Assembly: GCA_017617915.1 (NCBI GenBank)
Contig: JAFZVH010000042.1
Span: 1-45,348 of the forward strand
Direction of reading: 5' to 3'
Length of the DNA: 45,348 bases
Origin: Alphaproteobacteria bacterium
GTDB taxonomy: Bacteria; Pseudomonadota; Alphaproteobacteria; Rs-D84
Shown here one piece after another: positions 1-8,387 of this stretch. Each line of letters begins with the position of its first letter. The first letter of the stretch is position 1. The notes below the pieces were generated by a model. The model searched no databases. It was given only the letters and a program-made list of their open reading frames with translations, and was not told the origin of the DNA. The position numbers and the translations under genes are program-made.

Positions 1-45
1 CAAAATAAAACGACCACCATTTCGGTGGTCTTTTTATTTTGGCAG
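1..45. repeat. Exact 45-bp copy of the tRNA-Glu terminator plus the last 6 nt of the tRNA (matches 1099-1143); may extend left of the window
   Basis: caaaataaaacgaccaccatttcggtggtctttttattttggcag occurs at both 1-45 and 1099-1143. Confidence 0.95.
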
Positions 46-117
46 GGCCATCTGTGCAACTCACGAGCTGATGTTCTTCATGAAATTTTGTCGTTTGGAA
101 AAGAAATTAAGGCATTC

Positions 118-146
118 TTGAAAAATTGTTAGTCTTGTGCTACAAT
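118..146 (+). promoter_or_regulatory. sigma70 promoter for ORF 154-756; probably gives a leaderless mRNA
   Basis: TTGAAA-17 bp-TACAAT with extended TGn; ATG lies 7 nt after the -10 box; no SD. Confidence 0.6.
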
Positions 147-153
147 TTGTATC

Positions 154-756
154 ATGACAGATAAGGAAATTTTGGAATCTTTACAGAAAGTTCTCGATAA
201 AATACACAACCCAGATACAGGTGCTTTTCGTCATGCAAAAAAGTTTGCAAAAGGAATAACAACAACTCGTCTTGCAATTACAAAAGGTGTGTCTGTAAAA
301 GATGTTCGTTTTGATATATCGGGAAAAGAATTTTATGAACAAAGGCTGGGTGATTTGGCTTCTTGTACAGGTATGACAAAATTGTTTTTATATGCTGCGA
401 AAGATTCAGGACTGGACTTAAAAGCCGTTATAACAACAGAAATAGATTGTTTAAATGCTGGTAAAAGCAATATTGGTCATGTTGTGCCTGCTGTTAAAAT
501 GTCCGATGGACAATACCATGTTTTTGAACCGCGTTGTCGTAATGTGATGGGACAAGATTTTCAAAGAATGTTGAAACAACCTGTTGAAATAGGCAAACCT
601 GTTTTTCATATATTAAATGCAATCAAAGATAAACCTTATGAAGTAATAGATATTATTTCTGGTGAAGACTTAGAACAAATTAAAACAATGGATGGTATCA
701 TGAACAAAAGTCGTCGAAGAATTGCTACCCCTCAAAAAATTATGGAAAGAGATTAA
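154..756 (+). CDS. Hypothetical protein with a transglutaminase-like (Cys-His-acid) signature
   Basis: 200-aa AT-rich ORF; SCTGMTKLF...GHVVPAV...VFEP motif order resembles transglutaminase-like cysteine-protease folds. Confidence 0.6.
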   Translation: MTDKEILESLQKVLDKIHNPDTGAFRHAKKFAKGITTTRLAITKGVSVKDVRFDISGKEFYEQRLGDLASCTGMTKLFLYAAKDSGLDLKAVITTEIDCLNAGKSNIGHVVPAVKMSDGQYHVFEPRCRNVMGQDFQRMLKQPVEIGKPVFHILNAIKDKPYEVIDIISGEDLEQIKTMDGIMNKSRRRIATPQKIMERD

Positions 757-900
757 AAAGTTCAAACTCCCACAATAAATACGAACTAAGAAAAAGGTTA
801 TATTTCTAACCTTTTCTTTTTGAAAGTTCGTAAATTGGCAAAACGGGCTGTGTTTTTACTACCTAATTTACGAACTCGTGAAAGTGTTGGAAAATCAACA

Positions 901-926
901 AAAAACCGACCCAAAAGGTCGGTTTT
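901..926. terminator. Bidirectional intrinsic terminator next to the duplicated tRNA end
   Basis: aaaaaccgacc-caaaa-ggtcggtttt hairpin with A and T tails. Confidence 0.75.
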
Positions 927-930
927 AATC

Positions 931-956
931 TTTGGCAGCCCCACTCGGATTTGAAC
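931..956 (-). repeat. Direct repeat of the tRNA-Glu 3' end (att-like, 26 bp, matches 1136-1161)
   Basis: tttggcagccccactcggatttgaac is identical at 931-956 and 1136-1161; includes the T-loop half, acceptor strand and CCA. Confidence 0.92.
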
Positions 957-1071
957 TCGCCCCCTCGATACACAATAATAAAAATTAAAAAAATTTCGTA
1001 AACTTCAATTTTTTAAAATTTTTCTAATTGTGTATTCTCGTATTGGTGCTGCGTGCGTTGCACTCGCACCC

Positions 1072-1167
1072 ATCCCGGTTCAAACCCGGGGGCGCAAACA
1101 AAATAAAACGACCACCATTTCGGTGGTCTTTTTATTTTGGCAGCCCCACTCGGATTTGAACCGGGAT
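1072..1167. repeat. Long imperfect inverted repeat: inverted copy of the tRNA-Glu T-arm/3' end around the terminator
   Basis: atcccggttcaaa (1072-1084) is the reverse complement of tttgaaccgggat (1155-1167); pairing continues imperfectly to caaaataaaa/gaccacc around the loop atttc. Confidence 0.85.
1099..1137 (-). terminator. Intrinsic terminator of the tRNA-Asp/tRNA-Glu transcript
   Basis: gaccacc-atttc-ggtggtc stem with A/T-rich flanks directly after CCA. Confidence 0.8.
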
Positions 1168-1212
1168 TCTCGCCTTGAAAGGGCGGTGTCCTAACCATTA
1201 GACGATGGGGCC
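1138..1212 (-). tRNA. tRNA-Glu(TTC)
   Basis: GGCCCCA/TGGGGCT acceptor stem, anticodon loop CTTTCAA, GGTTCAAATCC T-arm, encoded CCA. Confidence 0.95.
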
Positions 1213-1231
1213 AGAACGGACACAAAAAAAC

Positions 1232-1308
1232 TGGCGGGATGTAAGGGGCTCGAACCCTCGACCTTCTGCGTGACAGGCAGACGCTCTAACCAGCTGAGCT
1301 AACACCCC
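1232..1308 (-). tRNA. tRNA-Asp(GTC)
   Basis: GGGGTGT/ACATCCC acceptor stem, anticodon loop CTGTCAC, GGTTCGAGCCC T-arm, CCA. Confidence 0.97.
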
Positions 1309-1322
1309 AAAGCCGTGCCGAT

Positions 1323-1351
1323 ATAATATACCGTCAAATAACAAAAATCAA
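1323..1351 (-). promoter_or_regulatory. sigma70 promoter of the tRNA-Asp/Glu pair
   Basis: TTGATT-17 bp-TATTAT on the minus strand just upstream of tRNA-Asp. Confidence 0.6.
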
Positions 1352-1386
1352 GTTTTTTTTACAAAAATTCACCAAAAACCGATAAA

Positions 1387-2190
1387 TTACGATTTTTTGC
1401 CGCGGCGCATCGCAAGCACTATTAACCCAACGCCGCAGAAAAACATAATGCCAGACAATAACTGGCCCATGGTCAGGCCCCAGCTGGTCAAGAAACCAAT
1501 CTGGGCATCTGGGGCGCGGAACTGTTCACAAAAAATTCTGAATATCGCGTACAGCATCGCCATAGTTCCCGCCAGTGCGCCCGCATACTTGCGCAGGTTT
1601 GTCCAGCGATACAAACAAAACATTATGACGGTCAACAATATGCCTTCGGTTGCGGCCTCGAACAATGGGCTGGGGTATCGTGGCACTTCGGAAATGCCGC
1701 GAAAAATCACACCCAACCAAGAATCTGTCGGGCGACCCATAACTTCCATATTTATAAAGTTCGCAATGCGACCAAAGAACAGCCCAATCGGCGCGACAAC
1801 CGCCAACATATCCAAGATATGCAACCCGCGCATCCAACGCCGCGCAAAACCAAATGTTGCAACTACCACACCAATCAGGCCGCCATGGAAACTCATCCCC
1901 CCATGCCACAGCATAAAAATTTCCAGTGGGTTTTCAATAAACACCGGCAGATTATAGAACAATACATACCCTAGCCGCCCCCCGATTATCACGCCAAGAA
2001 TCAGCCAAGTCAGCAAATCGTCCAATTCTTTCTTGGTCAGCTTCACCGCCGCACGTGGCGACCGCATCATATATTTTAGTGCAACATAACCAACAACAAA
2101 TGCGGCGATATACGCCAGCGCATACCACCGCACAGGAAAACCGAATACACTAAATGCAACCGGTGAAATTGGGTCAATTACAATTGCCAT
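1387..2190 (-). CDS. lgt: Prolipoprotein diacylglyceryl transferase
   Basis: RWYAL, GGRLGYVLFY, GGMSFHGG, GRIANFINME, PSPLFEA motifs; multi-TM protein. Confidence 0.96.
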   Translation of the reverse strand: MAIVIDPISPVAFSVFGFPVRWYALAYIAAFVVGYVALKYMMRSPRAAVKLTKKELDDLLTWLILGVIIGGRLGYVLFYNLPVFIENPLEIFMLWHGGMSFHGGLIGVVVATFGFARRWMRGLHILDMLAVVAPIGLFFGRIANFINMEVMGRPTDSWLGVIFRGISEVPRYPSPLFEAATEGILLTVIMFCLYRWTNLRKYAGALAGTMAMLYAIFRIFCEQFRAPDAQIGFLTSWGLTMGQLLSGIMFFCGVGLIVLAMRRGKKS

Positions 2191-2193
2191 AGG

Positions 2194-2439
2194 TTATAAG
2201 CTGTACCCTTCGCGGCGCAAAGTTTGCGTTAAATTTGAAACAATTTCTTGCAGACGCGCAACTTTTTTATCTTCGCGGTCCGCCTTTGGTTTGGCCATTT
2301 CTGTTTCTAATTTTTTCTTTTGTTCAAGATATTTCTTGATAAGCCCTTCGACAACCGTTGACCTTGCAGGTTTACGCACCAAATCTTCTTTAACCGTTTT
2401 GCGGTCTATCGGATTTTTTCTGGAACTTGCTCTTGGCAT
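2194..2439 (-). CDS. Small basic coiled-coil hypothetical protein
   Basis: 81 aa, SD AAGGAG upstream, ends 3 bp before the lgt start. Confidence 0.7.
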   Translation of the reverse strand: MPRASSRKNPIDRKTVKEDLVRKPARSTVVEGLIKKYLEQKKKLETEMAKPKADREDKKVARLQEIVSNLTQTLRREGYSL

Positions 2440-2524
2440 TATTAAATCTCCTTTTAAATTTTTATTCCTTGAAAAGATACCTTTATTATATTATATATTT
2501 TACGAACTAACAAGGAGAAAAATT

Positions 2525-3250
2525 ATGCAAACAGCACCTAAAACAGTTGCCGCGCGCGGAATACGGGCAAGAAAACTCGGCGGCTTTGATTTATATCTGC
2601 GTCGAATTTTTGGCCTGATGTTCGGTGCAGTTGCGGTAACGGCACTGACATCGTTTATCACAATTTATCTTGGCGGAATCAGATTGTTGGTATCGCCGGC
2701 GGGCATGACACCATTTTTCTATATCGTTATATTTGGCGGATTGGCGCTGTCCATTTGGGCACAGGTGCGCGCGTTTTCTATGAAACCAAATGTTGCGGCC
2801 GTATGGTTATTTGTTTATTCTGTCCTGATTGGATTGGGCATGACACCACTGATTTGGGGCGGATTGGCGGTTAATCCAGCATCTATCGTGTGGGCCTTTG
2901 TAATTGCGGCGGCAATGTTCGCATGTATGGCGGCGTTTGGGTACAAGACCGCAAAAGATTTGTCGTTTTTGGGCTTGTTCCTGATGATGGGTATGATAGG
3001 TCTGATTTTGGTCGGCGTTGTTTCGATGATATGGCCAATGGGCGGCACATTTTCAACAATAGTATGCGCAATTGGCGTGTTGGTATTCGCACTGTTCACC
3101 GCATACGATATGCAATCTCTGCGTCGTGCGTATGCCGTTATCGGCGATGAAACGCGCGCAGATCAGTTGGCAGTTTTGGGAGCATTGCACCTGTATATCT
3201 CGTTCATTGCGATGTTCCAATACTTGCTGGGGCTTTTGAACAGACGTTAA
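2525..3250 (+). CDS. yccA: Bax inhibitor-1/YccA family membrane protein (start moved to ATG 2525)
   Basis: SD AAGGAG before MQTAPK; about 7 TM segments; GYKTAKDLS, TAYDMQ, GALHLYISFIAMF motifs. Confidence 0.9.
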   Translation: MQTAPKTVAARGIRARKLGGFDLYLRRIFGLMFGAVAVTALTSFITIYLGGIRLLVSPAGMTPFFYIVIFGGLALSIWAQVRAFSMKPNVAAVWLFVYSVLIGLGMTPLIWGGLAVNPASIVWAFVIAAAMFACMAAFGYKTAKDLSFLGLFLMMGMIGLILVGVVSMIWPMGGTFSTIVCAIGVLVFALFTAYDMQSLRRAYAVIGDETRADQLAVLGALHLYISFIAMFQYLLGLLNRR

Positions 3251-3267
3251 ACAATATGGAGAAAAAA

Positions 3268-3444
3268 ATGGCATATAAAGTAGATCCAACTAAATGTATC
3301 GGCTGTCATTCTTGTATGACGGTCTGCCCTATGATGGCGATTTCTGCGGGCGCAGATGGCAAATGTGCGATTGACCCGTCCAAGTGTGTGTCTTGCGGAA
3401 CCTGTGCATCGGTTTGTCCGGTTGGTGCAATCGTTGCAGGATAA
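3268..3444 (+). CDS. 2[4Fe-4S] ferredoxin
   Basis: Two CxxCxxCxxxCP motifs; SD GGAG before MAYKVD. Confidence 0.95.
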   Translation: MAYKVDPTKCIGCHSCMTVCPMMAISAGADGKCAIDPSKCVSCGTCASVCPVGAIVAG

Positions 3445-3462
3445 AAAATTCATAAAAAATTT

Positions 3463-3487
3463 AATGGGGCTTTGCCCCATTTTTTTT
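3463..3487 (+). terminator. Intrinsic terminator
   Basis: aatggggc-ttt-gccccatt followed by a T run. Confidence 0.75.
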
Positions 3488-3560
3488 GTTAAAACGGTTG
3501 CAAAACCTGCAAGAAAATATAATACTTACAGGGACAATAAAAAACAAAAGGTGTAAAGAT

Positions 3561-4925
3561 ATGCCAGCAAAAAGTGTAAATGATATCGTTGCCTTGTGCA
3601 AAAGACGCGGATTTATATTCACAGGTTCTGAAATATACGGTGGTATGGGTGGAACATATGACTATGGCCCGTACGGTGTTGAACTGATGAAAAACATCCG
3701 GAACGCTTGGTGGAATTCAATGGTTTATTCGCGCAATGATATCGAAGGACTGGATGCATCACTGATTGGCAATCGTTTAATGTGGAAATATTCTGGACAT
3801 GAAGGCGGATTTTCAGACCCACTGGTTGAATGCAAAAAGTGTGGCGCACGTATGCGTCAAGACAAAATGCGCGACCAAACAAAGTGCGATAATTGCGGTT
3901 CAACCGATTTGATGCCGCCGCGCGAATATCAACTGATGATGGGGCTGTCTATTGGTGCGGTATCTGACGGCGAAATCAATGCATACCTGCGTCCAGAAAC
4001 TGCGACAACGACATATATCAACTTTAAAAATGTTTTGGATTCTACGCCACACAAGTTGCCTTTTGGTATCGCCCAGATTGGCAAAGCGTTTCGCAATGAA
4101 ATTTCTCCGCGCGGCTTTGTTTTCCGTATGCGCGAATTTGAACAGGCCGAAATGCAATACTTTGTGCGCCCAGGCGAAGATGAAAAATACTTTACCGCGT
4201 GGCGCGAAACGCGTATTGCGTGGTGGGTGAATGTTCTGGGAATACCTGCAAACAAATTGCGCTTTACACCGCACGAAAAACTTGCGCACTATGCCAAGGC
4301 GGCGGGCGACATCGAATACGAATTTCCTGATGGATTTGACGAGGTCGAAGGCGTTCACAATCGCCAAGACTTTGATTTGGGCTCGCATACTAAATCGCAG
4401 AACGAATTCAAAATTGCGGCACATGTTATGGAAAACACCGACAGCACAGTTAAATTGGCCTATTCTGACCCCCAGACAGGCGAAAGTTTCATCCCATACG
4501 TTATTGAAACCGCGATGGGTGTAAATCGTGCGATGATGGCACTGATGATAGAGGCATATACCGAAGAAGACCTTGGCGAAGGAAAAACACGCGTTGTTTT
4601 GAAACTGAAACCGCGTCTGGCACCGGTCAAGGCGGCGGTTATACCATTGGCGCGTAATGTTCCAGAATTGGTCGGCATCGCCGAAAACATTGAAAACGAT
4701 TTGCGCGCACTGGGCATCGGACGCATAGAATTGGAAAATTCCGGTAATATTGGCAAGAACTATCGCCGTCATGACGAAATTGGCACCCCAGTATGCATAA
4801 CGGTTGACCATCAAACACTGGAAGATAACACTGTTACACTGCGTCATCGCGATACAATGGAACAGACGCGTGTAAAGATTTCTGATATTACAAAGCGCGT
4901 AATGGCTATAATCAACGAGAAATAG
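3561..4925 (+). CDS. glyQS: Glycine--tRNA ligase, homodimeric alpha2 type
   Basis: LCKRRGF, EIYGG, YDYGP, YLRPETA, GKAFRNEISPR, REFEQAE, IGKNYRRHDEIGTP motifs. Confidence 0.96.
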   Translation: MPAKSVNDIVALCKRRGFIFTGSEIYGGMGGTYDYGPYGVELMKNIRNAWWNSMVYSRNDIEGLDASLIGNRLMWKYSGHEGGFSDPLVECKKCGARMRQDKMRDQTKCDNCGSTDLMPPREYQLMMGLSIGAVSDGEINAYLRPETATTTYINFKNVLDSTPHKLPFGIAQIGKAFRNEISPRGFVFRMREFEQAEMQYFVRPGEDEKYFTAWRETRIAWWVNVLGIPANKLRFTPHEKLAHYAKAAGDIEYEFPDGFDEVEGVHNRQDFDLGSHTKSQNEFKIAAHVMENTDSTVKLAYSDPQTGESFIPYVIETAMGVNRAMMALMIEAYTEEDLGEGKTRVVLKLKPRLAPVKAAVIPLARNVPELVGIAENIENDLRALGIGRIELENSGNIGKNYRRHDEIGTPVCITVDHQTLEDNTVTLRHRDTMEQTRVKISDITKRVMAIINEK

Positions 4926-4927
4926 TA

Positions 4928-5461
4928 ATGTACACTTTTTATTTCGATATGGACAACGTGTTAGCTGATTTCGAGTCGCGCATGCCTAAGTATGCAATTG
5001 ATACTAACCGCCCTTCTGACCAACTTGATGAAATTGCCAAAGAACAAAAACGGCGTATGTGGCACCAAATAGAACAAACACCAACTTTCTGGCGCAATTT
5101 ACCGATGATATACGGTGTCAAGAATATGCTGCATGTGGCCAAATCACATGGCAATATGTATGTGTTAAGTAAAGCCCCAAAGGCGAAAAATTTTGTTCGT
5201 GGCGCCAGTTATGTCAAATTTATTGCCGACGAAAAAACCGAATGGATTTTATGCAAACTTGGCGATTTTTTTGATAAACAGCATATTATTATTATTTGCG
5301 ACAGCAATAAAGAAAAACTAATACAACCAACAAAAAACGACATTTTGATTGATGATAGAATCGATAATGTTAATGCATGGTGTAAAAGTGGCGGACGCGG
5401 TCTGCACTTTATTGGTGTCCAAGATGCAATTATGCGACTAAAAAACGAAAAATTTATGTAA
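4928..5461 (+). CDS. HAD-superfamily 5'(3')-deoxyribonucleotidase-like (NT5C family)
   Basis: FDMDNVLADF (DxD motif I), LS motif II, ILIDDR motif IV. Confidence 0.8.
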   Translation: MYTFYFDMDNVLADFESRMPKYAIDTNRPSDQLDEIAKEQKRRMWHQIEQTPTFWRNLPMIYGVKNMLHVAKSHGNMYVLSKAPKAKNFVRGASYVKFIADEKTEWILCKLGDFFDKQHIIIICDSNKEKLIQPTKNDILIDDRIDNVNAWCKSGGRGLHFIGVQDAIMRLKNEKFM

Positions 5462-5490
5462 AAAATATCGGCATTTTTGCCGATGTTTTT
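5461..5490. terminator. Bidirectional terminator between convergent genes
   Basis: aaaaatatcggca-tttt-tgccgatgttttt. Confidence 0.75.
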
Positions 5491-7111
5491 ATTCATTCAT
5501 TGTTGGAATTATCGCTTCATCGTTATAGAAGCTAAGGAATTTACGTCCTGTGCCACAATAGAAATTTTCTAGCGATGCATTATATTCACGCATAGCCTGA
5601 ACGAAACGCTCTTCTATATCACTTTGAGCACCCTGATAGCCCGCAAAACCGCCGATTGCCGCACCTGCGCCCGCACCTTTCAGGGTTGAACCCAAACGCG
5701 CCTTGTTCGACAAATCTACCACAGCACCATCATCGGCATTTATTTGCAACGGAGTAAAGTTTTAAAGTGTGTACAAATCTGGTTTGTCTTCGTCACACAA
5801 CGGGGTACCCTTGCTATCACGACGACAAACTGTCGCATTATTACCGGCTGCCTTCCATTTACGCCAATCTGACATTTTTTTACCAAACGTACTGTCATGA
5901 AAATCAACAACAACCGCAGGCTGAGAATCTGTTACTTCTGCAACCGTTGCCTTGTAAATATTGCCGGCTGGAGACTCCTCTAATTTGTTGTTATCAATCA
6001 AATTATAACGTTTTACACTCGTCACGCGCTCCGGATCTTCTTGAAACTGATCCAGAGTTAAATTGTCAATATGTTTAACCACATAATTATAGCGTGCAAC
6101 ACAATCTTTTATATCACCACCATTGGTTTCGCAAGTGTAAATTGTTCTTTTATCTTTATTATAATACCCGTCCGCGTCGGCTTGTTTTAATGACGCCACA
6201 TTTCCCCACAAGCATGATGTTTGGCGACCTTGGTACGTGCATTTTTCTACGCGCAATACTGCGTCACCCGATGCCAGCATATTGCCAACAACACCGCCAG
6301 CCGCCGCGTTCACGCCCGCCTGCAAAATTGTGTCACCCGCAACTTTGCCAGAATAAGCGCTTGCCGCCATCAAACCGCCGCCCAGCAGCGCCCCGCCGGC
6401 GGTCGTTTTTAATTTATCTGAATTCGTACCGAACAAAGAATCACTGCCTGGCGCACTTTTGCCGACCATATTGCCGGCAATACCCGCCGCCAAGGCCGCC
6501 GCAACGATTTTCAGACCGGCTTTATTTTTCTGTTCTTCGTTCATCACTTGAATAACGTCTTCGCGTGTCGGTTTTTGGTCGGCAGGAAATTCCACTTGTG
6601 CCAAAGCCGGCAAATAACTGGACGCAGGGAAATTAGATATGTTACAGTTGATAAGATCACCAACCGCCAATTTTCCACGTGCAACCGTTGTATATTCCAA
6701 ACCACCACTGGAATCCAATTTGCGCATTTCAACGACCGCAACACAGGTCGGCGAACCGCCCGCACCACGCCCCAATGTTGGTCTGTCCCACATAAATTCG
6801 CCATCGGGATAAATCATCGCACATTTGTTCAGTGTGCTCATATCCGTTTCCGCATTTGTATCACCACGACGAACTTGTTCAGCAACCTCGGCATCCGCAA
6901 CACGCACAGGCAATTCTGCGGCAGCTGCAGCCGCGGCTTGTGCTTCGGCGGTTGAATTATAATATTGCTGTTGCATTGCAAGGGTATTTTTACTGCTGGA
7001 TGCATAGTTGCGCGACAAATTACCAACACGAATACCTGCATCGGCCGCATCAAATACGCCCGCCAAGAATGCCGGCAAAAAGCACCAAAAAGCATAACCA
7101 GTCTGTTTCAT
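5489..7111 (-). pseudogene. Secreted/membrane glycine-zipper protein of about 540 codons interrupted by one in-frame TAA (5762-5764)
   Basis: ORFs 5762-7126 and 5489-5749 share a frame (...DLYTL*NFTPLQINADDG...); signal peptide, Cys residues and GxxxG runs in both parts. Confidence 0.7.
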
Positions 7112-7133
7112 ATAACTTTCCACCAAATTCGCA

Positions 7134-8264
7134 CTAGAACTGCAATCTTAAACGAACGCCAACATCTATCAGACCAATGCGACCGCTTTCGTACCAATTT
7201 GTATAGTGATAAACGCTGTCATAGTCCGCCTGAACTTCGTTGCCCAGTCCATCAGCCAACCATTCTGTCTGGGATAATACAATACTGCCCGAAGTCTTTA
7301 CTTTACCTAAATTGGCATAGCGCGCAAAGAAATCAACCCTGATGCCTTCGCCCATATCGGTTGTAATACCGGCTTCGGCCATAAATGCCATCTGTTCAGT
7401 TGTGCCGCCGTTATGATATGCGTAAATATCCGACACGCCTGTCAAAACACCCGCCTGATTTATTGTAGTCCCCAAATCTTCTATGATTTTATAGTAAGAC
7501 CCATCGTAAACAACATAATCTGAAATCGTATTCAGCGACAACCCAACACCAACACCAATATATGGACGCAATGAACCACCCGCCAAATAACCAGTGTAAG
7601 AATCAAGGTTATAGTATATGTTCAACATAGTTGTATTCGCGGTAATCGCACCACCTTCGACCGCAGCAGTCACATCGGCAATATAACTGTCGTCAACAGC
7701 GGTCTGAACTTTATCTGGATAACTTAACCCAGAATAACGCGTGTAAGAAAAATCTACACGAAAATCGTTGTTCAGCGACGCACCAACAGAAACCTGCAAT
7801 GGAATTACTGTATCAGATTCAAAATCAGCCGTTGCAAAAGCACCGGGAACCGTAAAAGAATCTTTTTCGCCGATATAGTCTGCCTTCATACCACCCATAA
7901 TACTTGCAGCATACGAAACAGAAAGTCCGATATACAAACCACTGTCCGCCAAACGGTCATAATCTGTGGGTTGATAATACCGCCGCCCCGCCGCCGTTGC
8001 ATTTGAACCCAAACGCGGTAAAGAGCCCGTCACACGCGTTGGCGCCGCCGCAACCCCAGAATTTGCCGTCAATACAGAATTATTTGTCGCCGGCAACTGA
8101 ACCACATTGCGTGAATAGGTCGTATCAACCGCATATTGCTGCTGATATTGTACCGGTATTTGGTTCGCATATTGTGCCTGATAAACCGGATAAGCGGCAC
8201 CCGCCACACCAGTGGCGAACGCATAAAATACTGTCAAAGCGGCAGAAACACTAACTTTCCTCAT
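7134..8264 (-). CDS. Outer-membrane beta-barrel protein with a Q/Y-rich N-terminal extension
   Basis: Signal peptide; LRPYIGVGVGLS strand; C-terminal Bam-type signal VGVRLRLQF. Confidence 0.8.
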   Translation of the reverse strand: MRKVSVSAALTVFYAFATGVAGAAYPVYQAQYANQIPVQYQQQYAVDTTYSRNVVQLPATNNSVLTANSGVAAAPTRVTGSLPRLGSNATAAGRRYYQPTDYDRLADSGLYIGLSVSYAASIMGGMKADYIGEKDSFTVPGAFATADFESDTVIPLQVSVGASLNNDFRVDFSYTRYSGLSYPDKVQTAVDDSYIADVTAAVEGGAITANTTMLNIYYNLDSYTGYLAGGSLRPYIGVGVGLSLNTISDYVVYDGSYYKIIEDLGTTINQAGVLTGVSDIYAYHNGGTTEQMAFMAEAGITTDMGEGIRVDFFARYANLGKVKTSGSIVLSQTEWLADGLGNEVQADYDSVYHYTNWYESGRIGLIDVGVRLRLQF

Positions 8265-8336
8265 TCTCTTTGTACTACCTTTCTTGAGATATTATATCAT
8301 AAAAAAGGCATTAAAAAAAGCGTTTTAATAAAAAAC

Positions 8337-8367
8337 AAAAAACGGATCCAATTTGGACCCGTCTTTT
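8337..8367 (-). terminator. Intrinsic terminator after the porin-like gene
   Basis: acggatcca-att-tggacccgt stem with an A run on + (U tail on the minus transcript). Confidence 0.6.
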
Positions 8368-8387
8368 ATTGGTTTTCTGTTCAAACC

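Noticed and set aside
1013-1225. 70-aa ORF on the minus strand
   Set aside because: It is a translation of tRNA-Glu and its terminator
2291-2524. N-terminal extension of the YccA ORF
   Set aside because: Overlaps the opposite-strand 81-aa gene; the SD supports ATG 2525
3900-4847. Long antisense ORFs (also 16430-16897, 19669-20379, 21564-22067, 26018-26782, 43814-44494 and many within rpoB/rpoC)
   Set aside because: Shadows of well-supported genes, with no recognisable motifs
5762-5764. Genetic-code reassignment of TAA
   Set aside because: TAA terminates many conserved genes here (lgt, fabH, rpoC, rplA) at their expected ends
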